Positions 1 to 12,451 of a DNA stretch of 64,000 nt are shown piece by piece. The notes below the pieces were generated by a model that was given only the letters and a program-made list of their open reading frames with translations, was not told the DNA's origin and did no database searches. Made by a program: the position numbers and the translations under genes. Numbering within the stretch: the stretch's first letter is position 1; the number at the start of each line of letters is the position of its first letter. Source of the DNA: Neoechinorhynchus agilis. Its lineage: Eukaryota > Animalia > Acanthocephala. Location of the stretch: contig CM121342.1 in NCBI GenBank assembly GCA_051530055.1, positions 902,797 to 966,796 on the forward strand, read 5' to 3'.

Positions 1-343
1 TTTTCTCAATTAGGTTTTCTTTCTTATTCTAGAACATCTTTATGATATCGTCCAAGAGACTTAACTTTGAAATTTACATTAAATTTCCTCGCCATCGATG
101 AATCTTTAGTACATTTTCGGTGAAACTAAACTTTGGCTTAAAATTCAGAATACCCACAACCGTGTTTTTTACCATTTTAACGATGGAATTATATTTAAAA
201 ACGTTTTGCCTTTTGCATAAGAAATTCTTTTTCTATTGATCCACTGAGTCTCTATTGTTCACTTGTTCACGTTTTCGAATTATCTCCAAGATTTTTTTCG
301 TTCACTCCTAAATTTACTTTTCACCTTTTTATTATCTGTTTGT

Positions 344-453
344 TGGCGGGAAAATTGAAGTAGTAATTTATTAGGTTCGATATTTCGGAGCCACAATCTT
401 ATTATGCCTTGCCGAAATATCGGACCTAATAAATTACTACAATTTTTCCACCA
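344..453. mobile_element. Fold-back MITE-like element, copy 1
   Basis: 29-bp arms at 360-388 and 412-440 (1 mismatch) around a 23-nt loop, with weaker outer arms. Homologous to 1741-1866. Confidence 0.7.
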
Positions 454-467
454 TAAAAAAATTTTTT

Positions 468-1020
468 TTATCTGTAGATATATTTTATTTCGACTAAAGT
501 AACAATCGCTAGCATGCCCATAAGGACAAAATTCACACTGAACGCAAATCCTTTGTTGCATCCGTCGCGATTGTCGCAGAAGCAGAAAATAAATCCATTG
601 TGAGGACGTACAAATCGGTATCCAGTTCCCAGATAAAGACCGTCTTTAGACCAGCATCCGTTTTCGCGATGCGATGGCATTTCTGGCCAAACTACTGCTA
701 TATTCTTCAAACATCCTCTCACGAACTCTGGACGTTTCGTGTAAATTTGTTTCCCTGTAACTGTTCGATTGTCGTGTATTTTAACGCATTTAGGCATCGG
801 CATATCGCATGGAACCCATCGCTGTATCAGCCAATCGAGATGTAATCCACATCCTGGCTGGTTGCTGTGACATTCGTAACAATCAAGTATCTTACCCGTC
901 CAACCGTCAATAAAGACTGGGATATTTGCTTTAGTCCCTTTTTAAGAATGTTTAACTAGTGGATATGGACTTAAATGATTACCTACCTAGGACGAAAATG
1001 CAAAGAATCCATAAGAACAT
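468..1020 (-). CDS. Quiver/sleepless-like Ly6/uPAR three-finger GPI-anchored protein, 2 exons (1020-987, 937-468)
   Basis: Spliced product MFLWILCIFVLG-TKAN...LDCYECHSNQPGC...PC..PKCVKI...RGC...GC...FCFCDNRDGCN plus a hydrophobic C-terminal tail. Signal peptide; canonical GTAGGT..AAAAG intron. Confidence 0.8.
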
Positions 1021-1740
1021 CGTTTTTTTAATGGGCGCAATTCGTTTTCTTATAAAAACTTGTGTTTGGTTATGCAATCCGCGCTTCCAAGAGTAAAACT
1101 TGAGCCTCAGAGGTTATAGCACAAATTAAACTTTTTTAGGTGATTTGCTTTTGTGTTAGACTTTTGAAATAAGGACCGACGTTGGCGCCCCTGCGATACT
1201 CACAATTATGTTACTAAAATAAATGCATAAAACTTTATCTGGTTAGAGATAACATTAATACAACTAAATTTATCGCTTTTCTTTAACAGTATGATTTTAA
1301 ATGAAATCAAAACATTGTTAAATGGTGTTGCAAAGTCGTGTTGGAAAGCGTGAGACGAAACAACGTCGAATAATCATGTCTTTTTAATGACCACTGAAAA
1401 TCATTTAGCGTTTTAAAGGCTAACACTTTGGTTTCATCACCATAATCCATAGGGACTATTGATATGATGATGCAATCCATTGTACAATATTCTTCTATTT
1501 TACTCTCAAAGGTATAAGGAAGAAGATTGTTCGGTTTGCATTCCCAACAACTTGCATGGCCTTAATGATAAAACTTTTGTTTGTTATTTATCTATTAAAC
1601 ACTTTGGATCACTCTCCATCAAACTTGTACCTTAAAGAAACATTTCACATTGGACGTGGAACATCTTTACTCCAGCTCGCCCTTGTAATCCTCTACTGTC
1701 TTAATAATCATTTGGAATTTTGAGCAAGAGTTATTATATT

Positions 1741-1866
1741 GTTTTTACATGGCGGGGAGAAAATTGAAATAATTTATTAGGTCCGATATTTCGACGCTAC
1801 AATCTTGTATCTTGCCGAAATATCGGACCAAATAAATTACTTCCATTTTTTCCACCATATAAAAAC
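1741..1866. mobile_element. Fold-back MITE-like element, copy 2
   Basis: Whole element is quasi-palindromic (TAATTTATTAGGTCCGATATTTCG / CGAAATATCGGACCAAATAAATTA, 22-nt loop) and similar to 344-453. Confidence 0.7.
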
Positions 1867-2162
1867 ATGAATAATTCAATCTTCAAACCCTTATTATATC
1901 GCGAAATTAACCCTTAAAAAAATTAAATACCGAAGATTGACTTTAATTTTCATAAGTACGGGGCCCATTGGAGTATGTTCAATAAAAATCACTGAACTTT
2001 TCATGCAGACAAATACCGTTTGCTTCTATGAAGATAACAGCGCAATTACCTGCAGTTGATTAGCATTATAAAATCATAATTAAAAGATTGGTCTTTAAAA
2101 AATAAAAGACGACTTTTTTTACCCTTTAAGCAAACATCGTCCATTGTAATTCGTTTCTTAAG

Positions 2163-5100
2163 ATGCCACCAAAATATATTCCCGCTCGGTCTATTGTCAT
2201 CGATTGCTCCAATCCGACTGCCGATGAGGCCCATATCATCAGTTTTCTCAAGTCGGTGTTCAATGCTCTACGTGAGTTCATTATTATTCTCGGCCGCTTT
2301 CAAAATGTCCACGAAGACATGCCACAACCGGTTCCGTTCCTTGGTTTCAGCATTGTTGGTAGACAATATGAACATTTAATAATGCTTGACCAAATTAAGG
2401 CCGAGTACACATTGTCAGCTTTGAAAAAGGGCGAAGAGCGAACGTTTCGTCTTTTGAGTACTTTGTTGCCTGAACACGAGTCACCGATGATTGTTCACGC
2501 AATCAATTCAAACTTCGCTCAATTTGAAGCAGTTGTAGGCGAACTTTTGCGGTCCATTGATGTACACGTCCTTAGTCTCAGAAACGAGGCAGTCATACGA
2601 GGCCAACTTGAAGAGATAAATGTAACACGAGATAAACGAATCGTTGTTCACTGCTTTGACATTCAAAATGAAAGCGAGACAAACATAGGCACTCGGCTAA
2701 TAGACGAATTCTGGACTCTTAATCGGTACCCAAATAATCCTGATTATGCAGATATACTAGCCATTTTAAATCAATACATCACACACGAGGCGTATTCTTT
2801 GCTGGAGCGTGTGATGGGTGTTCGCTAAAACAGTGGCTTACTGAATTCTGTACTTTTACCGATCATATCGTCATCAGGATTCCCAAAGGACCGAGTATAA
2901 AATGCGATGGGGTTGTAAATCTGATTGCGGCTGCCTTCTCTCACCAACGTGTGGAAATTTTGATGAGTACCGATAAAATCACATCGATCCCAAAAATGGA
3001 CTTAACCGTAAATGGACGGTTATCCATAAGCCGATAATCCTGTTTGGTCAGTAGCAGGAAAGACGAAAGGAAAATGCATGATAGAGCCGATTATTCTCTT
3101 CATTTTTGTCCTCATGGTACAAATATTTCTCTCGCTGAAGCAATATTACTAAGGGTCCTGTAACAAAAGCGAATTCTCGATCAAACATTCCTTTTTGACC
3201 TAAACACTTCGTCGACTAAAAGTAAAAGACCTATTTGTTCTCTTTCGTCCACCATCAACTGGATGTATATACCTAAAAAAATTGGGCCACATTGCAGGTC
3301 TAAGTGGGGATCTAGAACTCCAGACGAAACTCGTCTCGACACTCGAGATTGCTTAAGCAATCAAAAGAAATATCGTTTGCTGATTTCCGCTCCCTCGATC
3401 GAAGCATCCCTTTTTTTGCAACCCGCACATTCTAGTCGTCATGCACGTTCATCGTCGCTGCACTACTATAAAACATGCACGAATTGTATGTTTCATGTTT
3501 AAGACATTAACGGCATAAATTGCCCCAGAGATCCTTTGAAGACAACGAAGTCAATCTATGTTATCTCTTTTATAGATTTTATGTAGTGGAAATCAAGGTG
3601 CCTCACGGTGACTTATCTCGGAAAGTGATTTCGCTCAAACATTTGGTTTATGTCCTTAAAGCAATTTTTGTTAGAACTTATTAATATTAACCAATTAAAT
3701 TAGAGAATCTATTTTTTTCTATTGATTTAATTTTAAAATGACCATTTTGTATTGTTCGGATAAAGGCAACAAACACATTGTTTAGAAGTGTTATTTTTAA
3801 TCTTCACACGGTAAAGATTTTTTTTTATTAAAAACGTTTCGAATCTAGTTTAGCGTCTCTTAATGACTGACAAACTGATCATGGAATCAGGTACGAGGTT
3901 CGAAACGTCTTCATTAAAACCGTTCTCTACCGGTTTAAAACCTAAATAAAACTTCTAATCATATACTACGGTGCCTAATACACATTCCTTAGAGCATATT
4001 AGTCATTTCTGAATAAAAAATTAATTAAAGCCACTTTCAGTTAATTAAGGCTATTTTACTCTTTCGTTTACTTTTTTCTTGTCTCTTCACTTCTTTGTTC
4101 GTCTAGTTGCCTCTTTAGTCCTAGTTCTTCTTGTGCTCTCTACCTGTAATTTCTGCTTTCCCGAAAAGACTCCTCAGGGACGCCCATCGAGATTGTACGC
4201 ATCGTCGCTGTTTTCATTCAAATAGAAAAACACAAGATTTCAAATTGTTGATTTAAAATATTTTGATCAAAGTACAAGAATGAAGATAGACAAAAAACGG
4301 AAAATCATAACTGAAATTTTTTATATACCGCATCTACCATTTATAATCTTACTCAATCAAACCCAAGGACATGTATTATCTTCGCAACCTTTTTTCCGAA
4401 CTCCATATAGATGAAGTGTACCTCCCATGGAGAAGGTTGACAAAGAACTATATTGCTGCCTTTTGGGATAAAATATCCTTTAATTCACGAACGCTTAAAA
4501 TGTCCATGATCCAGATTTTTGTCTTTAATCTTTTGAAAAGTTTCGACTTTGAAAGGCAGTTTTCTCAAAGTAATTAGAATAGAAAACCTTAGGAGATAAT
4601 CGCTAATTTCTCTTGGTATCTTTAATCAGAAAGTTTTACTCTATAAAAATTCTGAGGCAGTATGAACAATTCTAATTTCTTTTTGCGACCACTACAGATC
4701 CAGCATTGCAGCTGAGCACGATAAGCTTTGCTATATTTTGAAAATTCCGTGATAAAAAATTTTTAAATTTAAACATTGATTGGATATTTTAATGAAAACC
4801 CACCTAAAACTGCCGCCTTAAAGGTACCCTTTCAATGATAATCTCAATGTCTCTCGTTAATAATAATTGATTGAATGATACATCTATTTGAAGTGCAATA
4901 CTTGGCTCCCTATTATGTAAATTCCTTGCCTCCACAATTTAAAAACAACATTTCCCAGTTATTGAACCGAGTCTAGATTGTCGCCTGCATTCCCCGACTG
5001 TATATTTTTGGTATTATATATTTTAAATTAGCAAATCTCAGACGGAATCCGACTGATCTTCCCGAATTTTCTTTACCTTTCATCTTTATAATCCACACAG

Positions 5101-5500
5101 GGTTATCACCATAAACGCACTAAGTATTGATTATCTTCTCGGTCATCCAATCATGCTAACCCCATCAACCTCTTGTATAATGCCATGGGACGAGCTGGAA
5201 GCAAATCGTGTCACATTTGACTCCCTTGTCAATGACATATGGCGAAACGATGAGTGTCTTCTATTAGAATCCATCGAACACGGATCGAGTTCTTCATATG
5301 CTCTAATGGCTGGTACGTCAACCTGTGACAATCCTGGTTTCCTACTGTTGAGACCTACGTGCAATCGTAATACTTTTGTCCCGGTCGACATTCCAAACCT
5401 TGATTACCTTCATGGTGAGGGAAATGATCGATACGAAGGGTTGGGCACCATTCTCGATCGAATTCCTTCAATTACAAACTATGATCCGTTGAGAACCTGA
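2163..5500 (+). CDS. M1AP: Meiosis 1 associated protein (M1AP)-like, multi-exon
   Basis: Last exon LGHPIMLTPSTSCIMPWDELEANRVTFDSLV...CLLL...YDPL resembles the remembered M1AP motif GLPFILRPTSCWQLDWDELETNQQHFHAL. ORF 2163-2828 and the frame DHIVIRIPKGPSIKCD (2861-3007) fit the N-terminal part. Junctions are partly uncertain (see findings). Confidence 0.65.
3820..3920 (+). mobile_element. Solo Penelope-like terminal remnant with a degenerate minimal hammerhead core, in the M1AP intron
   Basis: CTGATCA (3875-3881), stem, GAAACGTC (3902-3909). Shares CGAGGTTCGAA and the A-rich flank with the termini at 27750 and 29390; an inverted partial copy lies at 3824-3848. Confidence 0.5.
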
Positions 5501-8500
5501 ACTCTTTCCTGGAAAAAGGGGTTCGAATCAACGTTGCGTCGGTAAGATGCATAGAGTGAGATCTTTAGCGATAAATGGCATTGTCCCTTTTGGTTAAAAT
5601 TATTTTCTCTCATTTGTTGAGCGCTTTTTTACCTTTAATAATTACAATCAGCTGTTTTATAGCTATTCTTTTATAGGCTACGGCATCAGCGTACTTAGTA
5701 CAAAATTATGGATAAACTCTAGCATTATATTTTCGACCGCTTTTCACCACGAAACGAGTCTAGACTCCGATGGGTGATTCAGTAATGAGTGCAAAGTTGA
5801 GACCAGGGGTCATTTTAAGGGATATTCCAAGCACTGGGGCATTTTTGGCCCTTAAAATGTGGGATAACGTTATTATGTGTTTTTACCATTTATTCCTTAT
5901 GTATGAGGACAGGGAATTACTCTAGGCGAATCACGTTTTACTCGAACGAAATATACGGAATGGTGGATTAAACGCTCAAGTGAAAAGTGGTTTTAAATCT
6001 ATAAAACAATCGGGGAACAGTCTCAAGTTAAACATTATACCTCCGAATTCGACCTGACTTTTGACTAACTCAGTTCCTTGCTACTTGATTTTTCCAGCCG
6101 CATGATTGATCAAGTTTTGGTTTAAGTGGACGCTTGGGAGGGCTGTTGTAACGATAAAGATTTTCTCTTTCTTTATCATTATACAGGTAGCCCAAGTGTC
6201 TGCTTAAAAACAAAACTTGACTCTTTGATCTGCTTTTTACAACTACCAACAAATTGTAAATTTTTTCTTTTCTGCATAAGATGATAATTGAAATCCATTT
6301 AAGAAAATTCCAGGCTTGCCAAACAAGATGTTTCCCTTAATTGAATCAAATTTTTATGAGTTGACAAATGAACTGCCAATTTTTTGTGAACCAAACAGTT
6401 TGTATATAGTTAAACAAATATTTTTGATTCTTCAGAAAAAGGTTAAAGCCAACCGGGACCCAGTTCTTTTCCACCCAATGACTCATAGCGAATAGAATGG
6501 CTTTTACTTGTAAAAGAAATTTTATATTATCGAGATATTTAAAAATTGATGATCGGCATTAATTTTTCTTAATTCATAAAAAGTTAACTGATTACAATAT
6601 CGGAGCTAGGTGATTTTCTATGTCGGGTCAACCGTAGTCCCGTCAAATTGAAAAAGTGTGATTCTGAAATAAACTCTCACCTTGAACTTTTCTCGGCATG
6701 ATGTCAGAATTGTCGCTAATATTGACAACCCCGCCCGGAGTTTGCATCAATTGAATTGTGAGACTTATGGTACAATATTTATTTTAGCTACTAGAATAAT
6801 GAAGAGCCCTAATGTCATTTGGATACATAACCTGGAAATCGATTTACTTGCGCAATGGTCATTATAAGTGCAGAACGTTATCCTTTCTTAATCAGAAACA
6901 TTCGTTGCATTGGATTATGCGATTTCAGTCCCTGGAGATGTATATCTGGTCGTGGTGATATTTACGAACATTTTCTGGATTCTTAAATCTCTGAAACACT
7001 CAATGTCTCTGAGTAAGTGCCTCAAAAAAAAGGGTAAAATTTTGTTCGTTAAAATTTTATTCTCCAGACACCATCATACTTTCTGTAAGTTAAATGAGTA
7101 AATATATCAACGTAGCTGAGCTTTGGAGAAAACATAAAGATCGTTTCTGGAAATTGAACTAATCAGTGAAAACATTGCAATTTCTTGTTTTTATTTATGA
7201 AAAATATTTGCATTCTGAACACAAACAAAAGCACCGATCGATAAGTTTTGGAGCGTGCTTCGTTTTTGTAAGAAATATTGATTGTTTTCGAAATTTCAGG
7301 TCTTTCTTTTAATCTATATGCCCTACGAGCTTTTGCCTGGAATCCACGTAGCTGTATTTAACCACTTTTATAAATAATAAACACGAAATCAATCATATAA
7401 AATATAATACGGATTTGTTTCTTCGATTAATTTTGGCTCATTATGGGCTTTATTCTAGCATCAATAATTTGAAAATATCCACTGTTTATACGGGTTTTAT
7501 AAAATGTTGCTTGTTTTTCAAATAAGGTTTATAAACTAGTCAAAATATCATCGGGTTGCATTAAAACATAACGATGCTTTGAAATTCCGATTTTTATATG
7601 ACAAAGAATTGGGCCTTTTATTTTTATATCTTAGAGATATTAAGTTTAAGCATCGTTAAAAGTGGCACGAATTTATATTGTTGATTTACGACTATCATTT
7701 TGATAAAGCAATAATTACATTATGTCGAAGTAACGAGAATGTTTTTTACATTGTTTGAACGTACGATATCTTTTCAACTAATAGAAAAATAGCAACTCAA
7801 AAGATGTTTTCATTCCTCAGGGGCTTAAAATATATTTTCCACTTCAGGTTAACAAGGGGATTGGGTACATTAAATGTATTATCCATGCAAGCAATAGAAT
7901 CGACTACCGATTTGTCCGCAATTTAATGCATTCGTATCTTTAATTATTATGATTTGTTCACCTTAACTCATTTCATTTTAAAGAGTCCTTTCTGCACAAT
8001 TCCCCCCTCTGCTAAGCAGAAAAGCTCGGTACTTTTAACCGCTCACGTAACCGCCCTAGCGGATGCCTTCCATCAAGTCTCGTGATCTTAGATTATCTCA
8101 TCGCCAATGTCCTTTGTACATCTGCATTGTTTATGCAGTACATCGGCGAGAAGGAAGAGTAAATGTTTTGTCGCAATGCTGCTTCTGTAGCTGCCAGTGC
8201 CATAGCCTTTCCCTCTTCCCTGAAAATGCCACCCCTGCGCCCTCAAACATCATTTGCATAACTTCCCGTTTTCGTACACATCGGAGCGACAATTGGTGCA
8301 CTTCCCCCCATCAACCACATTGGATTCAACAATGACCGGCACCCTTTTTCATTCGAACGCTAATCCTATTATCCGGTTTCTTTATTGTCTGCTAAATGTA
8401 TATTGGTGGTCACTTGGCTGGATGAATGCGAAAATGCCTAGTCTGTCTCATTTTTTGATCCGTCTGAAAGAGAGCAGGTGCGCCGGTGGTCACTTCCATG

Positions 8501-8539
8501 AGATTAATGACCACATTGCCCCTTTTCTCAATTTCAGAT

Positions 8540-10261
8540 ATGGCATCCCCCATTATGACCGCTGAACTAACTTCTTCCAACGGACAGCGGCGACCACAGC
8601 ACGTTTGGTCTCGTCTTCTTTCTACAAGAGAAAACATGTCCTTGTTCAATTTACTCGGACATGACTGTTACTCCTTAGGAATTGCGATCGTCCAACTGCT
8701 TCAGAGTCGTCCTCCGCAGCATTCAGAATGGGATCACGTTCACAGTGGGGTCTTGTGTTTTGTTAAGGACTACGTGTGCAGGTCTTACTTTTTTAGACTT
8801 TACTCTCTTGAAGTAAGTCATAGTCGGTTTGTGCGTCACTCATTTGAACGTGTAGCATGGAAAACTTTGGGAACAAGAATTCCATAGAGGGTTCAATTAC
8901 CAAAAACTCACAGATACGTTCCACTGCTTCGAAAGCGGGCAGTGCATGACCGCTTTAAATTTTGTCGACAAAACGGATGCAAACACTTTTTCTTATGTAG
9001 TAATGAAGAAAATCAGAGAAAAACAAGAAAAAATGGGTACGTTCTTTTTAGTTTGAATGAAACATCCAAATCTTCTCTTATAGCACGCAAAAAAGAGCGC
9101 CAAGACCAACGCAGAATACAAGATGTTCCTTCAATGTACAACAGTCTTCCTACACAAGGTGCCAACCAAAACACTCAAGTAGCTTTCTCCGCTCCAGGTG
9201 CCACCGTGAGTCAGGCTGGTGCTTACAGGAGAATTAATAAAGAAGATATTGGTCACCCTATTCGGTCTACGTTTCAACATCGGCAGCACATTGGTATCGA
9301 TGGCGTTCGATTCGTTCAAGCTTCCAATAACGGAAATGAAATTCCGCACCCACCAGGTAGGCGTCCGCCGCCTCTTCCAAAAGCTCGAGTATCCGAGTTT
9401 AATCCAAAATTCGCAACTGGGATCCACAGACGAGCTCCAAAACCGCCTTCAGAGTCATTACGATTGGCCCCGCGTCCTTCGTTAGCCAGAGAGGACTTAA
9501 AAGAGGCCGAGGATGGGGAAAAACCACGACCTCTTATACCACCTCCACCACCGGTGCCACCTGCAAGAAAGGTTCAACATGTAGTATATAAATCTAGCGG
9601 ATCTGATACAAGAAGCGATGTCGTCTATGCAAATATCGATGAGCCACCGAGAGTTCCTTTGAGACCTCCGCCTCCTCCACCAGCTAGGGCAAACATGCCT
9701 CCTCCACCTCCTCCACCACAATCAGTAGAAACAAAAATCATAATCGAATCTTCAGACGTATCTGCTGTTAATTCACCGCCTCAACCACCACCGCCACCTC
9801 CATTGCCGCCCTCACATAGCCCTTCAAGACCAAACACTCACAATTGTCTTCTTAATGAAATAGTTAAAATGGATCGTCGAAAACTAAAACCAGTTTCGCA
9901 ACAAAAAACCGAAAACAGCCCGCCGAAAGGGATGGACGGGCTTTTGGCTGAAATTAAAAATTTTAAGAAAGGCACTTTACGTTCTACGATTGCTCCATCG
10001 GATTCTCGATCGTCTTCTTCGCCTTCTGGATTATCTCCGTCCCCCATGGAACAGCAGAATTCAGTTGTTCATCAAATCCGAGAAGAACTGGAACGCAGAA
10101 GGTGTTTGTTAGAAACAGGAAATGGTCTGAACACACAAAGTTCGAATGGTGATCCGAATTCAATGGACGGGAAAAGCGATTTGTGTGGTCGCGGCGGAAC
10201 AGATGAAACGGAGGACGACGATGAAGATGAGTGGAGCACAGAGAATGTGGACGCATTTTAA
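8540..10261 (+). CDS. WASL: WASP/N-WASP actin nucleation-promoting factor, 3 exons
   Basis: WH1 (LLSTRENMSLFNLLG..GVLCFVKD..RSYFFRLY / WEQEF..FHCFE..ALNF), CRIB-like KEDIGHP..FQHRQHIG, polyproline, two WH2 repeats and an acidic DDDEDEW end. Canonical introns at 8813-8856 and about 9038-9083. Confidence 0.92.
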
Positions 10262-10785
10262 GGTTAATTTTGTGCGCTTGAACATCAAATGTGCTCTCTT
10301 GTATAAATCGCACTCGTTGATCTTAGATATTTTATTTATGGGTTTATCCCTGGAACTCGAGCATACCATGTTTTAGTTTTATTGTCCGTACCTTTTTATC
10401 CGTTTGCATTTCCTCCGTAGCATCCTGAAAAACTTATCTTTGAGTCCGCGTTGTTTTGAATCGTTGTTTTTATTTTGGCTTTCAATCAATAATATGTCTT
10501 CGTTGGCGTGAGTTTGTTAGGGGTTTTGCTGTCGTAAGAAAATGTATATCATTAGATGACGCGTGAGGCTATGTAAAACTTTAAGAAATTTGATTCCAAA
10601 ATATACCGGAGCATAAAACACTGCGTTATCAGAATTTTCGTCTCTTCTTTTCACTCTGAAATTGGACGTACAGAAAAAAGCTAAGGAGACGATACAGAGA
10701 AACTTCACTGAACATTTTTTCAGTTTTCCACGAAGGGCACTCGAGATCTATTTCAAACCACTACAATTAAGACAGTCACCTCACT

Positions 10786-10967
10786 AGTTTTCCCTTCCTT
10801 GAGATTTGTTTGTAAACATGCAAATTTTTGAGGCCTCAACCTCCTTATCAAGCATTGCTTGTACGTTTTTAAATATGTGAATAAAAACAGCAAGCAATGC
10901 TTGATAAGGAGGTTGAGGCCTCGAAAATTTGCATGTTTACAAATAAATCTCGAGGAGGGAAAAACTC
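10786..10967. repeat. Long near-perfect inverted repeat (about 73-bp arms, 29-nt loop)
   Basis: 10788-10861 pairs with 10891-10964 with 3 mismatches and 1 bulge. Confidence 0.9.
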
Positions 10968-11091
10968 GCCGTATAGAGAAAATTCTAGGATATGTCAAAC
11001 TGTAAATGATCACACTTTAAACGTTCCGTTTAGCTGCCATTGGAACGAAGAGCATAATTTTACATGTATTGATAGAGTTAATTAAATAACT

Positions 11092-11620
11092 TCAGAGAAC
11101 GCTGTTTACTTTAAGAAGCAACTGAATGGATCTTTTAGTAAAATTCGACCACGATTGCTCATGGTTTAGCTTTGTGTAGGTTCCCTCCAGCGCCTTTATT
11201 CCCTCTCGAATACTAAAGCAAATCCCTAACTTAGAGTTTCGTTTGTAGCAGTCTTTACATTTCGTTCCTTTCCGATCATATCTCAAAACTACCGGTTTGC
11301 CTCTAAAAGCTTTCGAGGCTGCCACCGCTTTAGTGAACACATGTAGACGGTATATTGTGTGTGAATCTCCTTCAAAGGACTCATATTTGAGATTCATACC
11401 TCTAGATGCCCAATCAAAAGCCATTTCACACAAAGAGCGGCAGCCTGGTAAGTCTGCCTTGAAATGGGTATCAAACTGGCATCTCCAATTTTCCGAATCC
11501 ACACATACACACCATAGTCGCTTACCTCAAAATCATCAAGGATCGAAAGCGAATCTCCAGTTGACTTATCCCGATGAATATATTCTCCGGGCATCGTTGT
11601 TCAAATACAATGATTAAAAT
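11092..11620 (-). CDS. Hypothetical Cys-containing protein or degenerate coding fragment
   Basis: 136-aa ORF plus a possible upstream exon through GTAAGC..TTGGAG. No family recognised and no clear start. Confidence 0.3.
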
Positions 11621-12451
11621 TTCTCGTGTAAAATTGGCATTGTCGATATATCTAGTAAAAGCTATATGTCGATGAATGCAAAGTTGTTCGATCTGTTGAA
11701 GTGGGTGCTTGGAAGTATTACTGGAACAAGATTACAACATTTGATATTTTGTATTCCCTAGTGTATAGGCCTCACATATATTAAGCTTTTAGATAAAGAG
11801 CCAATCGATTTTTGAAATGTCTAACAATGCATGACTTCTAGATGAGATTGACGCTCGAGCCGAAAAGTAGCTTGTTTGCGAAATAGCGTGTTCTTCGTTT
11901 CCATTCGATGGAGCGTAACTATGTATTTTCATGTGCAGAGGAAGCGGAAGCGTTCGCCCATTTTTTAAACAGTTTGCTTTTTTGAAACCTCAAAATGTCT
12001 GAAAACTGCACTTTTTATTCGTTTCTTCAGGGAAGTTTTCAAGATGCGTAAAGATCACATCTTACACTGTGAAATTTAAAACGACTAAAACCAACAGCAT
12101 GATAATGTAACGCCTTACAACTCTTTTTCCATCATTTATCCCTTCATATGCACGAATAAGTTCGATTTTGCATAATAACCAACCAAAAAATGGCAAAATG
12201 TCCTAAAATTATGTTTTTATCGTCCATTTTCTTCGCTCGTGTTGTTATTTTACAAATTCTGCACCAAAATTCAATTATTGATTGGATTTATGTTCCAAGA
12301 TTCACAGATTTCCAGCAATAAGATGCTGTATTTTCACTGAAATGAAGAAGCAATGACAAAAATTATCTGACGAAATATTGGAAATAAATAAGTGAATCTA
12401 AATCCGGGGTGGCAAAACTACCAAAAAAGGAAGTACGTTTTCCAACATTTC

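Noticed and set aside
9131-10376. Several overlapping antisense and alternative-frame ORFs over WASP (also over the Q-rich gene, collagen, SGTA and RTEL1)
   Set aside because: Expected shadows of low-complexity or codon-biased coding sequence.
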